Position numbers and translations under genes: made by a program. This document shows, in pieces, positions 33,998 through 46,941 of a DNA stretch of 64,000 nt. Below the pieces are notes generated by a model. That model was not told the origin of the DNA. It worked only from the letters and a program-made list of their open reading frames with translations, and made no database searches. This DNA is from an uncultured Alphaproteobacteria bacterium (GTDB lineage: Bacteria; Pseudomonadota; Alphaproteobacteria; Rhizobiales; Hyphomicrobiaceae): positions 168,898 to 232,897 of the forward strand of contig CAWFOR010000026.1 in NCBI GenBank assembly GCA_963817485.1. Direction: 5' to 3'. The first letter of the stretch is position 1. Each line of letters opens with the position of its first letter.

Positions 33998-36238
33998 ATG
34001 ACGGCCCGGATGGACAGTCTGCTCGAACCCTTGGAGCGCGGTGAGCGCCGGGCCGCGTTGCGCGCGCCCGTCGTGCTCGCGGTCGCGCTCGACCAGAGCT
34101 ACGACTACCTCGTGCCGGATGGCGTCGAGCTGGAGCCCGGCGCCTTCGTGCTCGTGCCGTTCGGGCCGCAAAGCCGCATCGGCGTGGTTTGGGACCGCGC
34201 CGTCGGCGACACGGGCAAGGCCGTCGATCCCAAGAAGCTCAAGACGATTGCCGGCGTCGTCGACGTGCCGCCGCTGCCGCTTGAGCTCGCTGCGCTTTGC
34301 CGAATGGATCGCGCGCTACACGCTCGCGCCCCTCGGCATGGTGGCGCGCATGATGATGAGCGCGCGCGCCGCCTTCGAGCCGTCAAAGCCGCGCTTCGGC
34401 GTGACGGTGGTCGCGGGCGCGCCGGAGCCGCCGCGGCTGACGCCCGCCCGCAAGCGCGCGCTCGAGATCGCGGCCGATGGCGCCATCCGGCCGAAGTCGG
34501 CGCTTGCCGGCGAGGCCGATTGCTCGACCGGCGTCATCGACGGGCTGGTGGCGGCCGGCACCCTCGTCGAGGTGGCGATCCCGGAAAAGCGCCTGCCGCA
34601 GCCCGATCCGCGCCATCGCGAGACCGAGTTCATCCCCGAGCAGGCGCGCGCCGTGCACGCGCTGCAGTCGGCTGTCGATGGCGGCAATTTCTCGGTGACG
34701 CTGCTCGACGGCGTCACCGGCTCGGGCAAGACGGAGGTCTATTTCGAGGCAGTCGCGCGCACGCTTCTGCGTGGGCAGCAGGCGCTGATCATGCTGCCCG
34801 AGATCGCGCTCACCGGATCAGTTCATGCGCCGCTTCACCGGGCGTTTCGGCTGCCCGCCGGTCGAGTGGCATTCGGCGCTGTCGGGCCCCGAGCGCGGCC
34901 GCGTATGGCGCGCCGCGGCAACGGGCGAGGCACGCGTCATCGTCGGCGCCCGCTCGGCGTTGTTCCTGCCGTTCAAGGAGCTCGGCCTCATCGTCGTCGA
35001 CGAGGAGCACGACGCCGGCTTCAAGCAGGACGACCGCGTGCACTATCAGGCGCGCGACATGAGCGTCGTGCGCGGCAACCTCGGCGGTTTCCCCGTCGTG
35101 CTGTCGTCGGCGACGCCGTCGATCGAGAGCCACGTGAATGCACGCACCGGCCGCTATCGCCACGTGGTGCTGCCGGGGCGCTTCTCGGGCGCGGCGCTGC
35201 CCGACGTGACGGCGATCGATCTGCGCACCAATCCGCCCGAGCGCGGCAAGTGGCTGTCGCCGGCGCTCGTCGATGCCGTCACCGAGACGCTTGCCGCCAA
35301 GCAGCAGACGCTGCTGTTCCTCAATCGGCGCGGATATGCGCCGCTGACGCTGTGCCGGAGCTGCGGCCACCGCATCCAGTGCCCGCAATGCACCGCGTGG
35401 CTGGTCGAGCACCGCTTCCGCGGTCGCCTGCACTGCCACCATTGTGGTTTCTCGATCCCGCACCCCGAGAAGTGCCCGAGCTGCGGGGAAGCTGGCTCGC
35501 TCGTTGCCTGCGGGCCGGGCGTGGAGCGCGTCGCCGAGGAGGTGGCGGAGCGCTTTCCCGAAGCGCGCGTCGCGCTGTTGTCGTCCGACCTGATCCCGGG
35601 CCTGACCGAGATGCGCGAGGTTATTCGCTCAATCGAGGCCGGCGGCATCGACATTGTCATCGGCACGCAGATCGTCGCCAAGGGGCATCATTTCCCGCTG
35701 CTCGCGACGGTCGGCATCGTCGACGGCGACCTCGGGCTCGCCATGGGCGCCGACCCGCGCGCGGGCGAGCGCACGTTCCAGCTCCTGCACCAGGTGACGG
35801 GCCGCGCCGGCCGCGCGCTCGCCGAGGGTCGCGGCTTCGTGCAGACGTACATGCCCGAGCACCCGGTCATGGCAGCGATCATCGCCGGCGACCGCGAGGC
35901 CTTCATCGAGCGCGAGATCGCGGTGCGCCGAGCAGGCCTCTTGCCGCCGTTCGGGAGGCTCGTCGCGCTCATCGTGTCGGCCCGCGACAAGGAGATCGAC
36001 GCAGCTCGTCGCGCGCGACATTCTCAATCGCGCGCCGCCGGCCGATCGCATCGAGATCTTGGGCCCGGCGGAGGCGCCGATCGCGGTGATCCGCGGGCGC
36101 CATCGCTGGCGGCTCTTGGTCAAGGCGCCGCGCGAGATCGACGTGCAGGATTATCTGCGGGCTTGGCTCGCGGCGCTGCCGCCCCTGAAGGGCGACATCC
36201 GCCTGACGGTCGACGTCGACCCCTACAGCTTTTTGTAG
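33998..36238 (+). CDS. priA: Primosomal protein N' (replication restart helicase); apparent frameshifts near 34280, 34817 and 36003
   Basis: [40 protein letters not shown], two CxxC pairs, [13 protein letters not shown], ends VDVDPYSFL. Confidence 0.96.
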
Positions 36239-36255
36239 CAAATCCGCGCGCCTTC

Positions 36256-36867
36256 TCAGGCGTTGCGGATTTCCTGCGCTGCGCGGGCGAGTATCTCCAC
36301 GATTCGTGCCTCTAAATTCTCATCGGCATTGAGCCGCTTTGATGCGGCGGCGCGCAAGTTTTCAATTGCCGCGCCGACAAGCTGCGGTACGCCCTTCACT
36401 TCGTCGCCGTTGCGCTGCTCCCAGGCGCGCCGCCGGCGTGCGAGCTTCTTGCCGACGGCCGCCAGCCGCTCAAGAATTTCGTCCGCGATGTCGCGGTTCT
36501 CCTCGAGGTAGTCTCGGCCCTCTTTGGTGATCGTATACAGCTTCTTTGCGCCTTCGATCTCTGCCGTTACGTAGCCGGCCTCCTCCAGAAACGTCAGCGT
36601 CGGATAAACCACGCCGGGGCTAGGGCTGTAGGAGCCGCTCGTCTGCTCCTCGAGCAGTTTGATGAGCTCATACCCATGTCGTGGCTTCTCAGCGATGAGC
36701 GCGAGAGCGAGCAGCTTCAGATCGCCCTGGGCGAGCATGCGTCCGATGCGAAACCAGTCGCCGCCGCCACCGCCTGGGCCCGGTCCCCATCCGTGGCCTC
36801 GGCCCGGTCGACCAAAGCGCGGCGCCGCCCAAAGGCCTCGTCCATCCTCGTGTCTAAATCCATGCAT
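36256..36867 (-). CDS. PadR-family transcriptional regulator
   Basis: [41 protein letters not shown]; Gly/His/Arg-rich N-terminus. Confidence 0.92.
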   Translation of the reverse strand: MHGFRHEDGRGLWAAPRFGRPGRGHGWGPGPGGGGGDWFRIGRMLAQGDLKLLALALIAEKPRHGYELIKLLEEQTSGSYSPSPGVVYPTLTFLEEAGYVTAEIEGAKKLYTITKEGRDYLEENRDIADEILERLAAVGKKLARRRRAWEQRNGDEVKGVPQLVGAAIENLRAAASKRLNADENLEARIVEILARAAQEIRNA

Positions 36868-36892
36868 TGCTTTTCTCCTATAAGACATGTTG

Positions 36893-36932
36893 TAAGATAT
36901 ATCTTATCGAGACCTATCGCAAGATATATCTT
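36893..36932. promoter_or_regulatory. Tandem palindromic operators upstream of the PadR gene
   Basis: Perfect palindromes TAAGATATATCTTA (36893-36906) and AAGATATATCTT (36921-36932). Confidence 0.7.
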
Positions 36933-37058
36933 TACCGCCGGTGCTGTTGAATAAAAGCGATGTAAATCATGGTATTGTGCTGAACTTGGAAGACGGGTTC
37001 GGGGGGAGGATCAGGGTTCGCGCGCGCAAGCAAGGGCACCCGCGTGCCCTCCATTTCC

Positions 37059-37175
37059 GTCATCCCCGCGCAGGCGGGGAGCCAGACAAACGTGCGCGAG
37101 CCATGGCGCTGGGAGGTCATGGCGCTGGAAGCATGAATTGAAAATGCCCTGGGTTCCCGCCTCTGCGGGAATGAC
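37059..37175. repeat. REP/RPE-like nested palindromic element
   Basis: GTCATCCCCGCGCAGGCGGGGAGCCAG (37059-37085) ... CTGGGTTCCCGCCTCTGCGGGAATGAC (37149-37175). Each arm is a hairpin and the two arms are mutually inverted. Confidence 0.8.
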
Positions 37176-37237
37176 GCCGGAGAGCGTTGCCCATGACCTC
37201 GCCAACGGGCTGGGCACCAGAGCTTCTTTGTGAGCGA

Positions 37238-37546
37238 TCAGAAGGCTTCGGCGTAGTCCCAGACGGTCACCACGTCGGGACGCAGGTGCGAGGCGCTGAG
37301 CCGCTCGCGGATGAAACGCCGGAGCCGGATCAAAACAGCTTCATGGTCGAACTGCGAGGACGCGAATGCGGCAAGCGTCCGCCGCGGGATGAGAATGGTC
37401 ACCGGCCCGGCCGGCGCCTCGATGCGGGCGCGGAACTGATCGTCGTATTTGGGAAGGAGCGACGGCTTGGAGCCTTCCGGAAACTCGGACGCGAACAGGC
37501 TGAGCAAGGCTTCCGCCGTATCCGCAGTGGGTAGTGTCGTTTGCAT
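37238..37546 (-). CDS. Hypothetical protein (~102 aa)
   Basis: Open frame with protein-like composition between the repeat and a terminator. No family recognised; start uncertain. Confidence 0.5.
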   Translation of the reverse strand: MQTTLPTADTAEALLSLFASEFPEGSKPSLLPKYDDQFRARIEAPAGPVTILIPRRTLAAFASSQFDHEAVLIRLRRFIRERLSASHLRPDVVTVWDYAEAF

Positions 37547-37573
37547 CGTCGTGCTCTCGACCCTTGCTTGGGG

Positions 37574-37612
37574 AAATAAAAAGGGCCGGACCCCGGGGGA
37601 AAGGTCCGGCCC
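37574..37612 (-). terminator. Intrinsic terminator of the Gly/Tyr-rich protein gene
   Basis: 10-bp stem GGGCCGGACC / GGTCCGGCCC followed by TTTTTATTT on the minus strand. Confidence 0.75.
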
Positions 37613-37655
37613 GACTGGCGCGCGAGGGGGGGTGCGCTCAGTCAAACTCGTTGCG

Positions 37656-37982
37656 TCAGTAGCGACCGGCCTCCGAGGCTATGATGCCGAGCATCAGGGC
37701 GCCGACGCCGAGCGCGATGTACTTGCCGGTGTCGTGATGCTTGTGACGGCGGTAGGCGTAGAAGTCGTGCCGGCCGCCGTCGCGGCCACGGCCGTAGTCT
37801 CCGCCGCGGCCATAGTCGCCACCGCGGTCATAGTCACCGCTGCGGTAATTGTTGGCGTAGCCCCCGTAGCGGTGGCCGCCGTTCCATGGCTCGGCGCTGG
37901 CGGAAGTGGCGATCGGCACCAGCGCGGTGGCGGCGAGCGCCACGGCGGCCGTGAGCGAAGTCAGTTTGCGCTTGATGTTCAT
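37656..37982 (-). CDS. Small exported Gly/Tyr/Arg-rich protein with a C-terminal hydrophobic segment
   Basis: Signal peptide (SASA-EP), GDYDR-GGDYGR-GGDYGR repeats, YIALGVGALMLGII. Confidence 0.8.
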   Translation of the reverse strand: MNIKRKLTSLTAAVALAATALVPIATSASAEPWNGGHRYGGYANNYRSGDYDRGGDYGRGGDYGRGRDGGRHDFYAYRRHKHHDTGKYIALGVGALMLGIIASEAGRY

Positions 37983-38335
37983 TTTTGGTCCCCTACCCGG
38001 TAGCTCGGTGTCTGCCGGGCCTCTCCGGCGATGGGACCCATAAAGCGATAGTCGCGCTGAATGCGCTCTGAAGGGTGTGTGCAGCTTGCATTCAGGTTCC
38101 GGCCGCCTCCTCGCCATCGGAGCGCCTTGAAAAATGCGGCATCTCGGCTGCCATCCGATGGTTGAAGGCCCGGGCCTTGCGTGTTAGACAACCGGCGAAC
38201 TTGGAGGGGGGCGCTAGGCACGGGTGCTCACGCCCTCCTTTTGTGTGAACAAATTTCCTCAGAGCGGGCAAAGCCTTCGGGCTTATCCCGGGTGCCCTTT
38301 GGGCCCTTGGCGGCCGGCCGGCGAGAGCGTTTGAC

Positions 38336-38899
38336 GTGGCAACGGACAATCCAGTGACAGCGGGCGTGGCGGGGCGGTACGCGTCTGCGCTTTTTGAGCT
38401 CGCCCAAGAGCAGAACCGCCTGGACGAGGTCGATCGTGACCTCGGCACGTTCCAGGCCCTCCTCGATCAGAGCAGCGACTTGAAGCGTCTCGTGCACAGC
38501 CCGGCGTTCGCGGCCGAGGAGCAGCAGCGTGCGCTCGGCGCCGTGATGGACTGGGCCTCGATCGGCGCGACCACGGGCAACTTCCTCAAGGTCGTCGCCC
38601 GCAATCGCCGCCTGTTCGCGGCCGAGGACATGATCAAGTCCTTCCGCAGCCAGCTCGCCCTTCACCGCGGCGAGGTCGCCGGTGAGGTGAGGTCGGCGAT
38701 CGCGCTCAGCGACGAGCAGCTTTCGGCGCTCAAGGCCCGGCTCAAATCCACATTCGGCAAGGACGTGCGGCTCGACGCCAAGGTCGACCCCTCGCTGCTC
38801 GGCGGCCTGGTGGTCAAGATCGGCAGCCGCATGTTCGACTCATCGCTGCGCACCAAGCTCAGCAACTTGAAGGTCGTGCTGAAGGGCAACGGCTCATAA
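38336..38899 (+). CDS. atpH: ATP synthase F1 delta subunit
   Basis: VAGRYASALFELA, VDPSLLGGLVVKIGSRMFDSSLRTKL. Confidence 0.98.
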   Translation: MATDNPVTAGVAGRYASALFELAQEQNRLDEVDRDLGTFQALLDQSSDLKRLVHSPAFAAEEQQRALGAVMDWASIGATTGNFLKVVARNRRLFAAEDMIKSFRSQLALHRGEVAGEVRSAIALSDEQLSALKARLKSTFGKDVRLDAKVDPSLLGGLVVKIGSRMFDSSLRTKLSNLKVVLKGNGS

Positions 38900-39008
38900 G
38901 GCAATCGCGGCCGCAAGGGGCTCTCCCCGCGGCCGTTTTTTTCAAGGCAACCGGCCGGCAGGCGTCACCGACGCGCGCGGCCAAGCGCTGTAAGGGAAGA
39001 GGCAAGTT

Positions 39009-40541
<1,533 letters not shown>

Positions 40542-40550
40542 CTTGAAGTT

Positions 40551-40664
40551 GTCATCCCGGATCGGCGTGACGGCCGTCCGGGACCCAGGGGCCCGACGGC
40601 TTGACCTGGAAGTTGTTGTCCTGGGTCCCGGCTCTTCGCGCTGACGCGCTCTGGCCGGGATGAC
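40551..40664. repeat. REP/RPE-like nested palindromic element between atpA and atpG
   Basis: GTCATCCCGG...CCGGGACCCAGG ... CCTGGGTCCCGG...CCGGGATGAC. Same terminal architecture as 37059-37175. Confidence 0.75.
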
Positions 40665-40691
40665 AGGTGGAAGTTAGAGCGAGCAGGCCTG

Positions 40692-41581
40692 ATGGCGAGC
40701 TTAAAAGATCTCCGCAACCGCATCGCGTCGGTGAAGGCGACGCGCAAGATCACCAAGGCGATGCAGATGGTCGCCGCGGCGAAGCTGCGCCGCGCGCAGG
40801 AGGCTGCTACGGCCGCGCGCCCCTACGCCGACCGCATGGATCAGATGATGGCGAGCCTCGGCGCCCGCGTCACCGACCGCGCCGGCATGTCGCCGCTGCT
40901 CGTCGGCACCGGCAAGGACGACGTGCACCTGCTCATCGTCATGACGGGCGAGCGCGGTCTCTGCCGGCGGCTTCAACTCCAACATCGCCAAGCTCGCCCG
41001 CAACGACGCACGCACGGCTGATCGCCGCGGGCAAGACGGTCAAGATCCTGATGGTCGGCCGCAAGGGCGCCGAGGCGATGCGCCGCGACTACGGTAACCG
41101 CATATCGTCGATCGCGTCGATCTGCGTGGCGTGCGCCAGCTCATGTTCAGCCACGCGGACGGCATCGCCCAGAAGATCCTGGCGCTGTTCGAAGCCGGCG
41201 AGTTCGACGTCGCGACGCTCTATTTCTCGCAGTTCAAGTCGGTCATCACCCAGATGCCGACCGCGCTGCAGCTCATCCCGGCCAAGATCCCGGCGGCCAA
41301 GGCGGAAAAGGCCAGCGGCGCCGTCGCCATCCACGAGTACGAGCCGTCGGAAGAGGACGTTCTCGGCTACCTCGTCAAGCGCAACATCTCGACGCAGATC
41401 TTCCGCGGGCTTCTGGAGAACGGCGCCTCGTTCTACGGCGCGCAGATGAGCGCCATGGACAACGCTACCCGCAACGCCGGCGAGATGATCGACAAGCTGA
41501 CGTTGAAGTACAACCGCACGCGCCAGGCCAATGATCACCAAAGAGCTGATCGAGATTATTTCGGGCGCTGACGCGCTCTAG
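40692..41581 (+). CDS. atpG: ATP synthase F1 gamma subunit; apparent frameshifts near 40963, 41012, 41103 and 41530
   Basis: [36 protein letters not shown]|[13 protein letters not shown]-type [16 protein letters not shown]|[16 protein letters not shown]. Confidence 0.96.
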
Positions 41582-41589
41582 GAGGCCGA

Positions 41590-41994
41590 ATGGCTTATAC
41601 GGCGACAGCGACGACGAAGGGTGGCCGCGACGGCCGCGCTGTCCTGCAGGACGGCAAGCTGGCGCTCGCGATGGCGTTGCCGAAGGACATGGGCGGCTCG
41701 GGCGAGGGACATAACCCCGAGCAGCTTCTCGCCTTGGGCTGGTCGTCGTGCTTCGGTCAGGCGGTGCTGCTGCTCGCCAAGAAGCACGGTCTCGACGGCC
41801 AGGCCGCGAAGGTCACCTGCGGCATCACCATCGACAAGGATGCAACGAGCTTCGCGCTGCAGGCCGACATCAAGCTGTCGCTGCCCGGCGCCGATAAGGA
41901 CAAGCTCGAAGCTCTACTGAAGGACGCCCACGAAATCTGCCCGTACTCGAAGGCGACGCGCGGAAACATCCCCGTCACGCTGTCGGTCGGCTGA
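41590..41994 (+). CDS. ohr: Organic hydroperoxide resistance protein (Ohr/OsmC family)
   Basis: [39 protein letters not shown]; both catalytic Cys present. Confidence 0.9.
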   Translation: MAYTATATTKGGRDGRAVLQDGKLALAMALPKDMGGSGEGHNPEQLLALGWSSCFGQAVLLLAKKHGLDGQAAKVTCGITIDKDATSFALQADIKLSLPGADKDKLEALLKDAHEICPYSKATRGNIPVTLSVG

Positions 41995-42016
41995 AACTCA
42001 TCTACTGGAGACGAAA

Positions 42017-43789
<1,773 letters not shown>

Positions 43790-43795
43790 GGGACA

Positions 43796-44194
43796 ATGGC
43801 TGCGACGTTCAATTTCGAGCTGGTGACGCCTGAGCGTCTGCTTCTGTCGGCCGCGGCCGAGCAGGTGGTGGTGCCGGGCTCGGAAGGCGATTTCGCCGTG
43901 CTCGCCGGGCATGCGCCGGTCATTTCCACGCTGAGGCCGGGTGTGCTCGAGATCACGCTGGCGCAGGGCAAGCAGCGGATCTTCGTCAAGAAGGGCGTTG
44001 CCGAGGCGGACCCCGAGCGGCTGACCGTGCTGGCGCAGACCGCGGTCGCCGTCGACGAGCTCGATGCGGCGCGGCTATCGGCCGAGCTGCGCACCGCGGA
44101 AGCCGAGCTCGCCGAAGCCAAGGACGATCAGTCCAAGCGCATGGCCGAGATGCTGATCGACGTGCTGAAGCGGCTGCAGGCGAAGGCCGCCTGA
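43796..44194 (+). CDS. atpC: ATP synthase F1 epsilon subunit
   Basis: FELVTPER, VPGSEGDFAVLAGHAPVISTLRPG. Confidence 0.98.
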   Translation: MAATFNFELVTPERLLLSAAAEQVVVPGSEGDFAVLAGHAPVISTLRPGVLEITLAQGKQRIFVKKGVAEADPERLTVLAQTAVAVDELDAARLSAELRTAEAELAEAKDDQSKRMAEMLIDVLKRLQAKAA

Positions 44195-44224
44195 TTTTCC
44201 TGGTGATGGTTCAGTGATTTGAGG

Positions 44225-44794
44225 TCAGGCGCCGACTAAGGCCGCGGTCCGGGCGCCGACGGGCTGAGCATACTCGGCGAACTGTTCCGCCACGGCGTCA
44301 TACACCGGCCGCTTGAACGCCACCGCCAGCCGCGGCATCTCCTCGAGGCTCGCCCACCGCCAGTCATCGAACTCGGGCTTGCCCATGCCATTGGCCGCGA
44401 TGTCGATCTCGTCGTCGCTGCCGGTGAAGCGCATGGCGAACCAGCGCAGCTTCTGGCCGGCGAACTTGCCCTTGAGCGCGACGCCCATCAGATCGCGCGG
44501 CAGCTCGTAGGAGAGCCAGCCGGGAAACTCGGCGATGAGGCTGGCGCTCGACACGCCCGTCTCCTCGCGCAGCTCGCGGAACGCGGCCGCGAGCGGGCGC
44601 TCGCCCTTGGAGATGCCGCCTTGCGGGAGCTGCCAGATGTGGCCGTCGACGTAGTCCTGTGGGTATCTAGCCCACTTGGGGCAGCGACGTCCGAGCCACA
44701 CGTGGCCCTCTGCGTTGAAGAGCACGATGCCGGCGCACGGGCGCAGCGGCAGCCGGGCTCCGGACGTTTGTGTCAGTGACACGGATAGTGTCAT
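44225..44794 (-). CDS. RNA pyrophosphohydrolase RppH-like paralog 2
   Basis: RPCAGIVLFN, WQLPQGGI..GE...AAFRELREETG, WLSYELP, GQKLRWFAMRF, EFDDWRW, FKRPVY. Confidence 0.85.
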   Translation of the reverse strand: MTLSVSLTQTSGARLPLRPCAGIVLFNAEGHVWLGRRCPKWARYPQDYVDGHIWQLPQGGISKGERPLAAAFRELREETGVSSASLIAEFPGWLSYELPRDLMGVALKGKFAGQKLRWFAMRFTGSDDEIDIAANGMGKPEFDDWRWASLEEMPRLAVAFKRPVYDAVAEQFAEYAQPVGARTAALVGA

Positions 44795-44810
44795 AGGGCT
44801 CGGACGCAGG

Positions 44811-44830
44811 TTGTTCACAGGTTATCCACA
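44811..44830 (+). promoter_or_regulatory. DnaA box plus a degenerate tandem box
   Basis: TTATCCACA (44822-44830, perfect consensus) and TTGTTCACA (44811-44819), 11 bp apart, next to an AT-rich tract. Confidence 0.45.
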
Positions 44831-44905
44831 GACGAATCAAATACAACAATAGGCCGAAAATCCAACAATTCTATGTCGTTGATTTGTTAAATTAGGATGG
44901 GCCTG

Positions 44906-45434
44906 TCACCGAAATGTCGTGCTGGGGACGGCATAGGGGGCAAAGGCCTCGACCACCTGCCGGTAGACGTCGCGCTTGAAGGGCACGATCAGGTCCACCA
45001 GCTCGCTGAGCGGCACCCACCGCCAAGCGTCGAACTCGACCTGGTGGCCGGCGGGCGGGGTGATCACCACCTCGCTGTCGGAGCCGAGGAAGCGCGCGGC
45101 AAACCACTTCTGCTCCTGGCCCCGGTACTTGCCGCCCCAGGCGTTGCCGAGGAGGTCGCGCGGCAGCTCGTAGCGCAGCCAGCCAGGACGTCTCGGCAAT
45201 GATGGAGACGCTGCGGATGCCGGTCTCCTCGTGGAGCTCGCGCAGGGCCGCTTTGCGCGGGTCCTCGCCCTTGTCGATGCCCCCTTGCGGCATCTGCCAC
45301 CAGGAGCCTGGCCCCTCCGGCTCTCCGGGAGCATCCGCACGGCGGCCGAGCCAGACGAGGCCCTGGGCGTTGAGCACCATGATGCCGACGCAGGGGCGGT
45401 AGCCGAGCTTGCTGGGATCTATGTCGCGGCTCAT
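44906..45434 (-). CDS. rppH: RNA pyrophosphohydrolase RppH; apparent frameshift near 45190
   Basis: [22 protein letters not shown]...[11 protein letters not shown] | [35 protein letters not shown]. Confidence 0.9.
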
Positions 45435-45537
45435 GTGCTGGGCCTACACCCCTGCTGGTTGAGGTCCCTGTAAAGAAATGGGCGCCGCAGCGGGCGCCCA
45501 TTTCGTCTGCTGTCGCGTCGGGCGAAAGGAACCGCCC

Positions 45538-46941
45538 TTAGTTCTTCGCCTTTTCCTTGGCGTCCTTGGCGGCGTCGGGCTGGGTGGCCTCGATGCTGGC
45601 GCCGGCGGTCTTGGCGTCCTTGGCGGTGCCGCGCAGGAAGGAGAGAGCGTACTGGAGCTGGGTGTCCTTCTCGGGCTCCTTGGCGACGTAGGCCGACGAA
45701 CCGGAGTTCTCCTTGAGCTCCTTCTGCGCCTCTTCGTCGGTCTCCTCCTTGTCGGGGTTCTTCAAGTGCCCGCGCAGGCTCGCCTCGCCGCGCGTCTTCT
45801 CGGCGGCGGCCTTGGCTTTGAGATCCTCGGGCAGCTCCTCCTCGATGAGGATGTCGGGGTCGATGCCCTTCGCCTGGATCGAGCGGTTGGACGGCGTGTA
45901 GTAGCGTGCCGTCGTCAGCCGGATCGCGCCGTTGCTGCCGAGCGGGATGATCGTCTGCACCGAGCCCTTGCCGAACGAGCGCGTGCCGATGACGGTCGCG
46001 CGCTTGTGGTCCTGCAGCGCGCCGGCGACGATCTCGGAGGCCGAAGCGGAGCCGCCGTTGATGAGCACGACGACCTTCTTGCCGTCGGTCTCGTCGCCGG
46101 GATGCGCCTGCGCCCGCTGCGTCTCCTCATTGTTGCGACCCTTCGTCAGCACGATGGCGCCCTGCTCGAGGAAGTCGTCGGACACCGCGATCGCCTGATC
46201 CAGCAAGCCGCCGGGGTTGTTGCGCAGGTCGATGACGTAACCCTTCAGATCCTTGCCGATCGTCTTCTTGGCTTCATCGATCGCCTTGACGAGGTTGGCG
46301 TGGGTCTGCTCGTTGAAGGTCGTCACCTTGATGTAGGCGACGTCGCCCTCGTTGTGGGCCTTGACCGCGTTGATGCGGATGATGTCGCGCATCACCTTCA
46401 CGTCGAAGGGATCGTCAACCCCCTTGCGCACGATCGTCAGCGTGATCGGCGAGTTGACGGGGCCGCGCATCTTCTCGACCGCCTGCTCGAGCGTGAGCCC
46501 GACGATCTGCTCGTTGTCGAGGTGCGTGATGAGGTCGTTCGCCTGCAGGCCGGCCTTGGCAGCGGGCGTGTCGTCGATAGGTGACACGACCTTGACGACG
46601 CCGTTCTCCATCGTGACCTCGATGCCGAGACCGCCGAACTCACCGCGGGTCTGCACCTGCATGTCGTGGTAGTTCTTCGGGCTGAGGTACGAGGAGTGCG
46701 GATCGAGCGACGACAGCATGCCGTTGATCGCGCTCTCGATCAGCATCGGATCGTCCGGCTTGTCGACGTAGTCGGAGCGCACGCGCTCCAAGACGTCGCC
46801 GAAGAGATCGAGCTGTCGGTAGAGCTCGGAGTTAGACGAGGTCGCCGAGAACGATCGCGTCACGTTCAGCAGCGTGGTCGCGGCCGCCAGGCCGGTCATG
46901 AGCAGGAACGTCCAAAACGCGAATTCCGTCTTGCGCATCAT
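45538..46941 (-). CDS. ctpA: Carboxy-terminal processing protease (S41, PDZ)
   Basis: LDPHSSY, GEFGGLGIEV, DLRNNPGGLL, SASASEIVAGALQDH, FGKGSVQT, TTARYYTPS. Confidence 0.96.
   Translation of the reverse strand: MMRKTEFAFWTFLLMTGLAAATTLLNVTRSFSATSSNSELYRQLDLFGDVLERVRSDYVDKPDDPMLIESAINGMLSSLDPHSSYLSPKNYHDMQVQTRGEFGGLGIEVTMENGVVKVVSPIDDTPAAKAGLQANDLITHLDNEQIVGLTLEQAVEKMRGPVNSPITLTIVRKGVDDPFDVKVMRDIIRINAVKAHNEGDVAYIKVTTFNEQTHANLVKAIDEAKKTIGKDLKGYVIDLRNNPGGLLDQAIAVSDDFLEQGAIVLTKGRNNEETQRAQAHPGDETDGKKVVVLINGGSASASEIVAGALQDHKRATVIGTRSFGKGSVQTIIPLGSNGAIRLTTARYYTPSNRSIQAKGIDPDILIEEELPEDLKAKAAAEKTRGEASLRGHLKNPDKEETDEEAQKELKENSGSSAYVAKEPEKDTQLQYALSFLRGTAKDAKTAGASIEATQPDAAKDAKEKAKN

Noticed and set aside
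38058-38094. TGAA direct repeat at 11-bp spacing plus an inverted TTCA upstream of the Gly/Tyr-rich gene
   Set aside because: Could be a response-regulator site, but 4-bp units are too short to distinguish from chance without comparative data.
44811-44895. Replication origin
   Set aside because: Only one perfect DnaA box and a short AT tract, with none of the usual oriC-flanking genes.
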